64,000 nucleotides of DNA from the human T2T-CHM13v2.0 reference genome, Homo sapiens. Below the pieces are notes generated by a model that did no database searches, was not told where the DNA came from, and saw nothing but the letters and a program-made list of their open reading frames with translations. The translations under genes were made by a program, and so were the position numbers. The stretch is taken from assembly GCF_009914755.1 (NCBI RefSeq), contig NC_060941.1. One strand, given 5' to 3'. How positions within the stretch are numbered: position 1 is the stretch's first letter; every line of letters begins with the position of its first letter. This document shows positions 16,201 through 31,025 of this stretch, piece by piece.

Positions 16201-19200
16201 GGAATGGAATCAAATGGAATGGAACGGAATGGAATGGACTGGAATAAAACTGACTCGAATGCAATTTATTGCAATGTAATTGATTCGAATGGAATGGAAT
16301 CAAATGGAATGGAATCAAATGGAATGGAATCAAATGGAATGAAATCGAATGGAATGGAATGGAATGCAATGGAATGGAATAGAATGGAATGCAATGGAAT
16401 GGAACGGAGTGGAATCGAGTGGAATGGAATCGAACGTAACGGAATCGAATGGAATGGACTGGAATGGAATGGACTGGAATAAAATGGAATTGTACGAATT
16501 GGAATCAAACAGAACGGAATGCAATGGAATGGAATGGAATGGACTCGAATGGAATGGAGTCGAATGGAATGGAGTCGAATGGAATGGAATCGAAAGGAAT
16601 GGAACCTAATGGAATGGAATTGAATGGAATCGAAAGGAAAAGAATGGATTGGAGTGTAATGGAAAGATATCGAATGGAATGGAATGGAATGGACTCAAAT
16701 GGAATGCACTGGAATGGAATGGACTCGAATGGAATGCACTGGAGTGGAATGGACTCGAATGGAATGGAAACGAATGGAATGGAATGGAATTTAAAGGAAT
16801 AGAGTGGAATGGAATGGAATAGAAAGTAATGGAATGGAATGGAGTCGAATGGAATGGAGTCGAATGGAATAGAATCAAATGGAATGGCATCAAATGGAAT
16901 GGAATGGAATTGAATGGATTCAACTGGAATGGACTCGAATGGAATAGAATATAATAGAATGGCATCGAAAGCAATGGAATGGAATGAAATGGAGTGGAAT
17001 TGAATGGACCAAAACGTAACAGACTCGAATGGAATGGACTCAAAAAGAATGGTCTCAAAAGTAATGATCTCGAAAGGAATTTATTCGAATAGAATGGAAG
17101 CGAAAGGAATGCAATAGTATGGAATGAAATCGAACGGAATGGACTGGAATGGAATGGACAGGAAGAGAACGGACTGGAATATAATGGATTGCAATGTAAT
17201 TGATTCAAATGGAATGGAATCGAATGGAATGTAAACAAATGGAATGGAATGGAAAGCAATGGAATAGAATGAAATGCAATGGAATGGAACTGAGTGGAAT
17301 TGAGTGGAATGTAATTGAATGGAATGGAATCGAATGGAATGGAATCAAATTAAATGGACTGGAATGGAATGGACTTGAATGGAATGGAATGGAACAAAAT
17401 GCAATCTAATGGACTGGAATCGAACGGAACGGAACTGAATGGAATGGAAAGGAACGGAATGGAATGGAATCAAACGGAATGGAGTCAAACGCAATGGAAT
17501 CGAATGGAATAGAATAGAATGGAATGGAATTCAATGGAATCAAAAGAAATAGAATGGAATGGAGTCGAATGGATTGGAATCTAATAGAATGGAATAGAAT
17601 GGAATGGACCGGAATGGAATGTACTGGAGTAGAATGGACTCGAAAGAAATGGATTGCAAGGTAATTGATTCGAATGGAATGGAATCGAATGGAATGTAAT
17701 CTAACGGAGTGGAACGCAATGGAATGCAATGGAATGGAAAAGAATGTAATGGAATGGAATGGAACGGAGAGGAATCAAGTGGAATGGAATCAAATGGAAT
17801 GGAATTGAATGGAATGGAATGGAATCGAATGGAATGGACTGGAACGGAATGGAATCAAATGGAATGGACTGTAACAAAATGGAATGGAACTGATTGGAAT
17901 CGAACAGAAAGGAATGGAATGGAATGGACCCCAATGGAATGGAGTCGAATGGAATGGAATTGAGTGGAATGGAATTGAATGGAATCAAATGAAATAGAAT
18001 GGAATGGAGTTTAATGGAAAGATATCTAATGTAATGGATTGGAATTGAATGGAATGGACTGCAATGGAATGGACTGGAATGGAATGGACTGGAGTGGAAT
18101 GGACTCGAATGGAATGGAAACGAATTGATTGGAATGGAATTTAATGGAATGGAATGGAAAGGAATCGAATGGAATGAAATCAGATGGAACGGAATGGAAT
18201 GGACAGAGTGGAATGGAATGGAATGCAATGGAATGGAATGGAAAGGAATACAATGGAATGGAATCGGAAGGAATGGAATGGAATTTAAAGGAGTCAAATG
18301 CAATAGAATCGAATGGAATGGCATCGAATGGAATGGAATGGAATGGATTCGAATGGAATGGAAACAAATGGAATGGAAAGGTATAGAATGGAATGGAATT
18401 GGATGGAATGGAATGCAAAGAAATGAAGTCGAATGGAATACAATTGAATGGAATGACATGGAATGGAATGGAATGGAATGGAATGGAATGGAATGGAATG
18501 GACTCGAATGGAATAGAATAGAATGGAATGGAACTAAATGTAATGAACTTGAAAGGAATGGACTCAAATAGAATGGAATCGAAAGGAATGGTCTTGAATG
18601 GAATTTATTCGAATAGAATGGAATCGAATGGAATGCAATAGTGTGGAATGGAATCGAATGGACTGGAATCAAATGGAATGGACCGAAATGGAATGGACTG
18701 ACATAGATTGGACTCGAATGTAATGGATTGCAATGTATTAAATTCGAATGGAAGGAAATCAATTGGAATGTAATCAAATGGAACGGAATTGAATGCTTGA
18801 AATGGAATAGAATGTAATGCAATGGAATGGAATAGACTGGAATGGAATGTAATTGAATGCAATGTAATCAAATGTAATGGAAAGGAATGCCATGGAATGG
18901 AATAGAATGGAATGCAATGCAAAGGTATAGAATGGAATGCAATGGAATTTAGTGGAATGGAGTCAAATGGAATGCAATAGAATGGAATGGCATCCAATGG
19001 AAAGGAATGGAATGGACTCAAAGGGAAAGCACATGAAAGGAATATAATATAATGGAATGGCATCGAATGGAATGGAATGGAATGGAATGCAGTGAAATGG
19101 AAAGATATAAAATGGAAAGGAATGGAATGGACTCAAACGGAATATACTGAAATGGAACGGACTTGAATGAAATGGACTGGAGTGGAATGGACTCGAATGG

Positions 19201-22200
19201 AATGGAAACGAATGGAATGGAATGGAAAGGAATAGAATGGAATGGAATCGGATGGAACGGAATGGAATGGAATGGAATCTAGAGGAATAGAATCGAATGG
19301 AATGGCATTGAATGGAATGGAATGGAATAGAATCGGATGGAACAGAAAGGAATGGAATAGAATCTAATGGAATGGCATCAAACGGAATGGAATGGAATGG
19401 AATCGGATGGAACAGAAAGGAAAGGAATAGAATGGAATGGAATGGCATCGAATGGAATGGAATGGAATGAACTCGAATGGAATGGCCTTGAATGGAATAA
19501 AACAGAATGGAATGGCATCGAATGGAATGGAATGAAATGGAATGGAATGGAATGGAATGGAATGGAATGGAATGGAATGCAATGGACCCAAATGTAATGG
19601 ACTCAAATGGAATGGACTCAAATAGAATGGACTCCAAAAGAATGGTCTCCAATGGAATTTATTCTAATAGAATGGAATCGAATGCAATGCAATATAATAT
19701 GGAATGGAATCGAATGGAATGGAATTGAATGGTATGGATTGGAATGGAATGGACTGGAATAGAATGGATGCCAATGTAATGGATTGCAATGTAATTGATT
19801 CGAATGGAATGGATTCTCATGGAATATAATCCAATGGAATGGAATGGTATGCAATGGAATGGAATAGAATGGAATCGAATGGAACAAAATGGAATCAAAA
19901 GGATTGGAATCGAATGGAACGGAATGGAATAGAATGGAATAGACTCAAATGGAACTGAGTCGAACAGAATGGAATCGAATGGAATGGAATCTAATGGAAT
20001 GCATTTGAATGGAATCGAAAGGAATAGAATGGAATGGAGTGTAATGGAAAGAAATCGAATGGAATGGAATGGCATGGAATGAACTCGAATGGAATGGACA
20101 GGAATGGAATGGACTCGAATGGAATGGACTGGAATGGAATGGACTCGAAAGGAATGGAAACGAATAGAATGGAATGGAATGGAAAGGAATAGAATGGAAT
20201 GGAATCGGATGGAATGGAATGGAAAGGAACAGAATCGAATGGACTAGAATTGAATGGAATGGCATCGAATGGAGTGGAATGGATTGGAATGGAATCGAAT
20301 GGAATGGACTCGAATGGAATACAATCAAAAGGAATGGCATCGAAAGGATTGGAATGGAATTGAATGGAAGGAACTCGAATGGAATAGAATCAAATAGAAT
20401 GGCATGCAATGGAAGGGAATAGAATGGAATGGACCCAAATGTAATGGACTCTAAAGGAATAGACTCAAATAGAATGAACTCGAAAGGAATGGTCTCGAAT
20501 GGAATGTATTCGAATAGAATGGAATCAAAAGGAATGCAATAGTTTGGAATGGACTCGAATGGAATGGAATCGAATGGAATGGACCGGAATGGAATGGACT
20601 GGAACAGAATGGACTCGAATGTAATGGATTGCAATGCTATTGATTTCAATGGAATGGAATAGAATGGAATGTAATCAAATGGAATTGAATGGTATGCAAT
20701 GGAATGGAATGGAATAGAATGGAATCCAGTGTAATGGAATCGAATGGAATGGAATCAAATGGAAGGGAATCAAATGGATTGGACTGTAATGGAATGGACT
20801 CGAATGGAATGGACTGAAATAAAATGTAATCGAACGGATTGGAGTCAAAGTGAACAGATTGGAAATGAATGGAATGGAAGGGAAAGGACTTGAATGGAAT
20901 GGAACCAAATGGAATCTAATGGAATGTAATCAAATGGAAAGGAATAGAATACAACGGAATGGAATAGAATGGAATTCAATAGAATGGAATAGAATGGACA
21001 GCAGTGGAATGGAACAGAGTGGGATCGAGTCGATTAGAAACGAATGGAATGGAATCGAATGGAATGGAATCGAGTGGAATGGAATTGAATGGAATCGAAA
21101 AGAAAAGAATGGAATCAAAAATAATAGAATGGAATCAAGTGTAATTCAAAGATATCGAATTTAAAGGGAATGGAATGAAATGGACTAGAATGGAATGGAA
21201 TGGACTTGAATGGAATGGACAGGAGAGGAATGGACTCGAATGGAATGGAAACTAATGGAATGGAATAGATTGGATTGGAATAGAATGTAATGGAATGGAA
21301 AGGAAAAGAATGGAATGTAATTGGATGGAATGGAATGGAATGGAACGGAGTCGAATGGAATAGAATCCAATGGAATGGCATCGAATGGATTAGAATGGAA
21401 TGGAATGGAATGGAATGGAATGGAATGGACTCGAATGGAATGGACACGAATGGAATAGAATCGAATGGAATGTCATGGAATGGAATGGAATGGACCCAAA
21501 TGTAATGGAATCGAATGGAATGGACTCAAATAGAATGGACCCAAAAGGAATGGTCTTGAAAGGAATTTATTCGAATTGAATGGAATGAAATGGTATGAGA
21601 TAGCATGGAATGCAATCGAATGGAATGGAAGCGAATTGAATGGAGCGGAATGGAATGGACAGGAACAGAATGGTCACGAATGTAATGTATTGCAATGTAG
21701 TAGATTCAAATGGAATGGAATTGAATGGAATGTATTCAAATGGAATGGAACGGAATGCAACGGAATGGAATAAAATGGAATGCAATGGAATGGAACACAG
21801 TGGAATCGAGTGGAATGGAATCAAATGGAATGGAATTGAATGGAATGGAACGGAATGGAATGGATTCGAATAGAATAGACTGGAAAAAATTGGAATCGAA
21901 CGGATTGGAATCAAACGGAATGGGATGGAACGGAATGGAAAGGAATGGAATGGAATCAAATGGAATGGAGTCGAATGGAATGGAATCGAATAGAATGGAA
22001 TTGAATTTATTCAAAAGGAATAGAATGGAAAGGAGTGTAACGGAATGATATCCAATGGAATGGAATTTAATGGAATGGACTCGAAAGGAATGGACTGGGG
22101 TGGAATGGACTGGAATGGAATGGACTCGAATGGAATGGACTCAAATGGAATGGACTGGAGTGGAATGGACTCGAATGGAATGCAAACGAATGGAATGGAA

Positions 22201-24185
22201 TGCAATGGAATGGAATGGAAAGGAATAGAATGGAATGGAATCGGATGGAATAGAATGGAATGGAATGGAGTCAAATGGAATAGAATTGAACGGAATGGCA
22301 TCAAATGGAATGGACAGGAATGGAATGGAATTGAATGGAATGGAATGGACTCGAATGGAATCGTTTCGAATGGAATATAATCAAATGGAATGGCATCGAA
22401 TGTAATGTAATGGAATGTCATGGAATGGAATGGATCCAAATGTAATGGACTCGAATGGAATGGACTCAAATATACTGGACTCGAATGGAATGGGCTCAAA
22501 TATACTGGACTCGAAAGGAATGTTCTCAAATGGAATTTATTTGAATACAATGGAATCAAATGCAATGCAGCAGTATGGAATGGAATCGAATGGAATGGAA
22601 TCAAAGGGAATGGACCGGAAAGGAGTGGACTGGAATAGAACAGACACGAATGTAATGCATTGCAATGTGTATGATTCGAATGGAATGGAATCAAATGGAA
22701 TGTAATCAAATGGAATGGAATGGAATGCAATGGAATGGAACAGAACGGAATGCAATGGAATGGAAAGCAGTGGAATCAAGTGGAAAGGTATCGAATGGAA
22801 TGGACTTGAATGCAATGGACTGGAATTGAATGCAGTCGAATGGAATGGAGTGGATCATAATGGAATCGAATGGATTGGAATTCAATGGAATGGAATGGAT
22901 TCGAATGGAATGGAGTCAAATGGAATGGAATCGAATGGAATGGAATTTAATAGAATTGAATTGAATGAAATGGAATTGAATGGAATCAAAAGGAATAAAA
23001 TGGAGTGGAGTGTAACGGAAAGATATCGAATGAAATGGAATGGAATGGAATGGACTCGAATGGAATGGACTGGAATGCAATGGACTCGAAAGGAATGGAA
23101 TGGAATGGAAAGGAAAAGATGGAATGGAATTGGATGGAACGGAATCGAATGGAATGGAGTCGAATGGAATATAATCAAATGGAATGGAATGGAATGGAAT
23201 GGAATGGAATGGATTCGAATGGAATGGACTCGAATGGAATAGAATCGAATGGAATGGCATTGAATGGAATGGAATGGAATGCACCCAAATATAATGGACT
23301 CGAATGGAATGAACTCAAATAGAATGGACTTGAAAGGAATGGTTTCGAATGGAATTTATTCGAATAGAATGGAATAGAACGGAATGAAATAGTATGGAAT
23401 GGAATCGAAAGGAATTAAATAGTATGGAATGGAATCAAATTGAATGGAATCGAATGGAATGCACCAGAATGGAATGGACTGGAATAGAACGGACTCGAAT
23501 GTAATGGATTGCAATGTAATTGATTCAAATGGACTGGAATCGAATGGAATGTAATCAAATGGAATGGAATGGAATGCTATGGAATGCAATAGAATGGAAT
23601 GCAATGGAATGGAACGGAGTGGAATCGAGTGGAATGGAATTGAATGGAATGGAATTGAGTGGAATGGACTGGAATGGAATGGGCTAGAATGAAATGGACA
23701 GGAACAAAATGGAATTCAATGGATTGGAATCGAATGGAACGGAATGGAATGGAATGGAATGCATTGGAATGGAATGGAATGGAATGGAGTCGAAAGAAAT
23801 GGAGTCGAGTGGAATGGAATCAAGTGGAATGGAGTCGAATGGAATGGAATGGGATTGAATGGAATTGAAAGGAATACAATGGAATGGAGTGTAATGGAAA
23901 GATATTGAATGGAATGGAGTGTAATGGAAAGATATTGAATGGAATGGACTCGAATGGATTGGACTCAAATGGAATGGACTGGAGTGGAATGGACTCGAAT
24001 GGAATGGATCGGAGTGGAATGGAGTCGAATCGAATGGAAACGAATGGAGTGGAATACAATGGAATGGAATGGAATGGAATGGAAAGGAAAGGAATAGAAT
24101 GGAATGGATTCGTATGGAAAGTAATGGAAGGGAATGGAGTCGAATGGAATAGAATCGAAAGGAATGGCATCAAATGGAATGGACT

Positions 24186-24410
24186 GGAATGGAATGGACT
24201 CGAAGGGAATATAATCGAATGAAAAGGCATCGAATGTAATGGAATGGAATGGCATGGAATGGAATGGACTCGAAGGGAATATAATCGAATGAAAAGGCAT
24301 CGAATGTAATGGAATGGAATGGCATGGAATGGAATGGAATGGACTCGAAGGGAATATAATCGAATGAAAAGGCATCGAATGTAATGGAATGGAATGGCAT
24401 GGAATGGAAT
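24186..24410 (+). repeat. Local 70/75-bp tandem triplication
   Basis: CGAAGGGAATATAATCGAATGAAAAGGCATCGAATGTAATGGAATGGAATGGCAT identical at 24201, 24271 and 24346. Confidence 0.92.
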
Positions 24411-27400
24411 GGAATGGAATGGACCCAAATGTAATGGACACGAATTGAATGGACTCAAACAGAGTGGAATCGAAAGAAATGGTCTCGAATGAAATCTATT
24501 TGAATAGAATGGAATCGAATGGAATGCAATAGTATGGAATGGAATCGAATGGAATGGAATTGAACGGAATGGACCAGAATGGAATGGACAGGAATAGAAC
24601 GGACTCGAATGTAATGAATTGCAATAAAATTGATTCGAATGGAATGGAATCAAATGGAATGTAATCAAATGGAATGGAATGGAATGCAAAGGAATGGAAT
24701 GGAATGGAATGCAAAGGAATGGAATAGAATGGAATGCAATGGAGTGGAACGGAGTGGAATCGAGTGGAATGGAATCGAATGGAATGTAATTCAATGGAAT
24801 GGACTTGAATGGAGTGGACTAGAATGTAATGGACAGGAACAAAATGGAATTGAACTGATTACAATTGAACGGAAGGGAATGGAATGGAACGGAATGGAAT
24901 GGAATCGAATGGAATGGAATCAAATGGAATGGAATTGAATGGATACGAAATGAATATAATGGAATGGAGTGTAATGGAAAGATATCGAATGGAAAGGAAT
25001 GGAAAGGGCTCAAATGGAATGGACTGGAATGAAATGGTCTCGAATGGAATAGACTGGAGTGGAATGGACTCGAATGCAATGGAAACAAATGGAATGGAAT
25101 GCTACGGAATGGAATGGAAAGGAATAGAATGGCATGGAATCAAATGGAATGGAATGGAAGGCTATGGAGTCGAATGGAATAAAATCGAATGGAATAGCAT
25201 CGATTGGAATGGAATGGAATGGATTCGAATGGAATGGACTGGAATGAAATGGCATCGAATAGAATGGACTGGAGTGAAAAGGAATCGAATGGAATGGACT
25301 GGAATGGAATGGACTCGAATGGAATGGAAACAAATGGAATGGAATGGAATGGACTCGAATGGAATGGAGTCGAATGGAATGGAATCGAATGGAATCGAAT
25401 CAAGTGGAAATAAGTCGAATGGAATGGACTGGAACAAAACAGAATCGAATGGATAGGAATCGATTGGAACAGGATGGAATGGGATGGAATGGAATGCAAT
25501 GGAATGAAATGGAATGGAATGGAATGGATTACAATGGAATGGAGTCGAATGGAATGCAATCGAATTTAAGTGAAAGGAATAGAATGGAATGGAGTGTAAT
25601 GGAAAGATATCAAATGGAATGGAATTAAATGGAATGGACTCGAATGGAATGGACTGGAATGGAGTGCACTCAAATGGAACGGAATGGAATGGAATGGACT
25701 CTAGTGGAATGGACTGGAGAGGAATAGACTCGAATGGAATGGAAACGAATGGAATGGAATGCAAAGGAATGGAATGGAAAGGAATAGAATGGAATGGAAT
25801 CGGATGGAACGGAATGTAATGGAATGGAGTCAAATGAAACAGAATCGAATGGAATGGAATTGGATGGAATGGAATGGAATGGATTGGAGTCGAATGAAAT
25901 AGAATAGAATGGAATGGCATCAAATGGAATGGACTGGAATGGAATGGAAAGGACTCGAATCGAATGAACTCAAATGGAATAAAATCGAATGGAATGGCAT
26001 CGAATGTAATGTAATGGAATGTCATGGAATGGAATGGACGCAAATGTAATGGACTCGAAAGGAAAGGACTCAAATAGAATGGACTCGAAAGGAATGGTCT
26101 TGAATGGAATTTATTCAAATCGAATGGAATCAGATGGATTGCCATTGTATGGTATGCAATCGAATGGAATGGAAACGAATGGAAAGGACCGGAATGGAAT
26201 GGACTGAAAAGGAATGGACTCGAAAGAAATGTATTGCAATGTAATTGAATTGAATGGAATGGAATCGAATGGAATGTAATCAAATTGAATGGAATGGAAT
26301 GGAATGGAATGCAATAGAATGGAATGAAATGGAACAGAATACAATGGAATGCAATGGAATGGAATGGAGTGGAATCGAGTGCAGTGCAATCAAATGGAAT
26401 GAGTTCGAATGGAATGGAATCGAATGGAATGGACTCCAATGGAATAGAATAGAATGGGATGGCATCGAATGAAATGGAATGGAATGGAATGGAATGGAAT
26501 GGATTGAAATGGAATGGAATGGACCCAAATGTAATGGACTCGAATGGAATGGACTCCAATAGAATGGACTCGAAATTAATGGTCTCGAATGGAATTTATT
26601 CGAATAGAACGGAATCAAATGGAATGCAATTGTATGGTATGGAATCGAATGGAATGGAAGCGAATGTAATGGACCAGAATGGATTGGACTGGAATAGAAT
26701 GGACTCGAATGAAATGAATTGCAATGTGATTGATTCAAATGGAATGGAATCTAATGGAATGTAATCAAACGGAATGGAATGGAATGCAATGGAATGCAAT
26801 AGAATGGAAAGCAATGGAACGGAATACAATGGAAGACAATGGAATGGAAGAGAGTGGAATCAAGTGCAATGGAATCAAAAGGAAGGGAATTGAATGAAAT
26901 GAAATCGAATGGAATGGACTGGAATGGAATGGACTCTAATGGAAGGGACTGGAACACAATGGAATCGAACGGATTGGAATAGAATGGAATGGAAAGGAAT
27001 GGAATGGAATGGAATGGACTCGATTGGAATGGAGTCGAATGGAATGGAATTGAATGGAGTGGATTCGAATAGAATGGAACTGAATGGAATTGATAGGAAT
27101 AGAATGGAATGGAGTGTAATGGAAAGATATCAAATGGAATGGAATGGAATGGAGTGTAATGGAAAGATATCAAATGGAATGGAATGGAATGGACTCGAAT
27201 GGAATTGACTGGAATGGAATGGACTAGAATGGAATGGACTTGAATGTAATGGAAACGAATGGAATAGAATGTAATGAAATGGAAAGGAATACAATGGAAC
27301 GTAATAGGTTGGGACAACATGGAATGGAATGGAGTCGAATGGAAGAGAATCGATTGGAATGGCATCGAATGGAATGGAATGGAAAGGAATGAAGTGGAAT

Positions 27401-30400
27401 GGACTCGAATGGAATGGCATGGAATGGAATGGAATAGAATGTACCCAAATGTAATCGACTCAAATGGAATATACTCAAATAGAATGGACTCGAAAGGAAT
27501 GATCTTAAATGGAATTTATTCGAATAGAATGGAATCGAATGGAATGCAATAGTATGGAATGGAATCAAATAGAATGGACCAGAATGGAATGGACTGGAAT
27601 AGAACTGACTTCAGTGTAATGGATTGCATGGTAATTGATTCAAATGGAATGGAATTGAATGGAATGTAATCAAATGGTATGATATGGAATGCAATTGAAT
27701 GGAATAGATGGAATGCAATGGAATGGAACGGAGTTGAATCAAGTGGAATGGAATCGAATGGAATGGAATCCAATGGAATGGACTGGAATGGAATGGACTC
27801 GAATGGAATGGACTGGAACAAAATGGAATAGAATGTATTGGATTCGAATGGAAAGGAATGGAATGGAATGGAATGGAATGGAAGGGATTTGAATGGAATG
27901 GAGTCGAATGGAATGGAATCGAATGGAATGGAATCAGTTGGAATGGAATTCAATGGAGTCGAAAAGAACAGAAAGGAATGGAGTGTAATGGAATGATATT
28001 GAATGGAATGGAATGTACTCGAATGGAATGGACTGGAATGAAATGTACTCTATTGAAATGGACAGGAGTGGAATGGACACAAATGGAATGGAAATGAATG
28101 GAATGGAAGGGAATGGAAAGGAATTGAATGGAATGGAATTTGATGGAACGGAATGGAATGGAATGGGGTCAAATGGAATAGAATCAAATGGAATGGCATT
28201 GAACGGAATGGAAACGAATGGAATGGAATAGCAAGGAATGGAATGGAAAGGAATATAATGGAATGGAATCGGATGGAATGGAATGGAATGGAATGGAATG
28301 GAGTCGAATGGAATAGAATCGAATGGAATTGCATCGACTGGAATGGAATGGAATGGACTCGAATGGAATGGACTCTAACGGAAGAGAATCGAATGGAATG
28401 GCGTCGAATGGAATGGAAAGGAATGGAATGGAATGGACCCAAATATAATGGACTCGAATGGAATGGAATCAAATAGAATGGACGCGAATGGAATGGTCTC
28501 GAATGTAATTTATTTGAATGGAATGGAATAGAAAGTCATTCAATATTATGGAATGGAATCGAATGAAATGGAATTGAATCATATTAACCGGAAAGGAATG
28601 TACTGGAATAGAATGGACTCGAATGTAATGGATAAAAAAGTAATTGATTTGAATGCCTTGGAATCGAATGGAATGAAATCAAATGGAATGGAAAGGAATA
28701 CAATGGAATGGAATAGAATAGAATGCAAAAGAATGGAACGGAGTGGAATCGAGTGGAATGGAATCGAATGGAATGGAATGGAATCAAATGGAATGGAGTC
28801 GAAAGGAACTGAATGGAATGGACGGGAACAAAATGGAATCGAACGGATGGGAATGGAATGGAATGGACTCGAATGGAATGGAGTCAAATGGAATGGCGTC
28901 AAATGGAATGGAATTGAATGGAATGCAATCGAATCAAATGGAATTGAATAGAATCGAAAGGAAAAGAATGGAATGGAGTGTAATGGAAGGACAGCGAATG
29001 GAATGGAATGGAATGGACTCGAACAGAATGGACTGGAATGGAATGGACTCGAATGGAATGGACTGGAGTGGAATGGACTCGAATGGAATGGAAACAAACG
29101 GAATGGAATGGAATGGAAAGGAATAGAATGGAATGGAATCGGATGAAACGAAATGGAATGGAATGGAGTTGAATGTAATAGAATCCAATGGTATGGCTTC
29201 AAATGGACTGGAATGGAATGGAATGGAATGCAATGGAATGGAACGGAATGAACTCGAAAGGAATGGACTCAAAAGAAATAGAGTCGAAAGGAATGGACTC
29301 GAATGGAATGGAATGTAATAGAATGGAATGCAATGGAATGGAACGGAGTCGAATCGAGTGGAATGGAACCGAATGGAATGGATTATAATGGAATAGATAC
29401 GATTGGAAAGGACTGGAATGGAATGGATTCGAATGGAATGGACTGGAACAAAATGGAATTAAACGGATTGGAATCGAATGGTACGGAATAGAATGTAATG
29501 GAATGGAATGGACTCGAATGGAATGGAGTCGAATGTAAAAGACTCTAATGGAATGGACTGGAATGGAATGGATGGACTGGAATGGAATGGAAAGGAATAG
29601 AATAGAATGGAATCGGTTGGAACAGAATGGAGTGGAATGGAGTCAAATAGAATAGAATAGAATCGAATGCAATGGCATCTAATGGAATGGAATGGAAGGG
29701 ACTCGAATGGAATGGACTTGAATGCATAGAATCAAAAGGAATGGCAACGAATTGCATCGAATGGAATGGACCCAAATGTAATGGACTTGAATGGAATTGA
29801 CTCAAATAGAATGGACTCGAAAGCAATGGTCTAGAATAGTATTTACTTGAATAGAATGGAATCGAGTGGAATGAAATAGTATGGAATGGAATCGAGTGGA
29901 ATGTAATCTTATGAAATTGACCGGAATGGAATGGACAGGAATAGAATGGACTCGAATGTAATGGATTGCAATGTAATTGATTTGAATGGATTGGAATCGA
30001 ACGGAGCATAATCCAATGGAATGGAATGGAAAGCAATGGAATGGAATAGAATGGAATGCAATGGAATGGAATGGAGTGGAATCGAGTGGAATGGAATCGT
30101 GTGGAATGGACTGGAATGGAATGGCCTCGAATCGAATGGAATGGAATAAAATGGAATCGAATGGATTGGAATTGAATGGAATGGAATGGAATGGAATGGG
30201 ATGACACGAATGGATTGGAGTTAAATGGAATGGAATCGAATGGAATGAGATTGAACGGAATGGAATTGAATGGAATCTAAATGAATGGAATGGAATGGAT
30301 TGTAATGGAAAGTTATCAAATGGAATGGAATGGAATGGAATGGACTCGAAAGGAATGGACTCGAATGGAATGGACTGGAGTGGAATAGACTCGAATGGAA

Positions 30401-30847
30401 TTGACCGGAGTGGAATGGGCTCGAATGGAATGGAAACGAATGGAATGGAATGGAATGGAAAGGAATAGAATGGAATGGAATCGCACGGAATGGAATGGAA
30501 TGGAGTCGAATGGAATAGAAAAGAATGGAATGGCATTGAATGGAATGGAATGGAATGGAATGCAATGGAATGGAATCGAATAGAAAGAAATAGTATAGAA
30601 TGGAATAGAATGGAAAGGAATCAAATGGAATGGAACGGAATGGAATGGACTGGAATAGAAAGGACTCGAATGTAATGGATTGCAATGTATTTGATTCGAA
30701 TGGAATGGAATCCAAAGGAATGTAATCAAATATAATGAAATGGAATAGAAAGGAATGCAATGGAATGGAATGGAGTGGAATCGAGTGGAATGGAATCGAA
30801 TGGAATGGAATTGAATGGAATGGACTGGAATGGAAAGGACTTGAATT

Positions 30848-31025
30848 GAATGGATTGGAAAAAAAATGGAATTGAAAGGATTGGAATCGAACGGAACGGA
30901 AGGGAAGGGAATTTAATGGAATGGACTCGAATGGAATGGATTGGAAAAAAATGGAACTGAAAGGATTGGAATCGAACGGAACAGAAGGGAAGGGAATTTA
31001 ATGGAATGGACTCGAATGGAATGGA
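30848..31025 (+). repeat. Local ~85-bp tandem duplication (2 copies)
   Basis: AGGGAAGGGAATTTAATGGAATGGACTCGAATGG at 30901 and 30986, each preceded by GGATTGGAAAAAA..TGGAA.TGAAAGGATTGG. Confidence 0.88.

Noticed and set aside
27295-27325. Short non-pentamer-looking patches (e.g. GTAATAGGTTGGGACAACAT here; also ~2270-2290, ~32045-32065, ~49226-49247)
   Set aside because: They keep the 5-bp register and can be read as heavily mutated versions of the usual landmarks. They are too short to support an insertion call.
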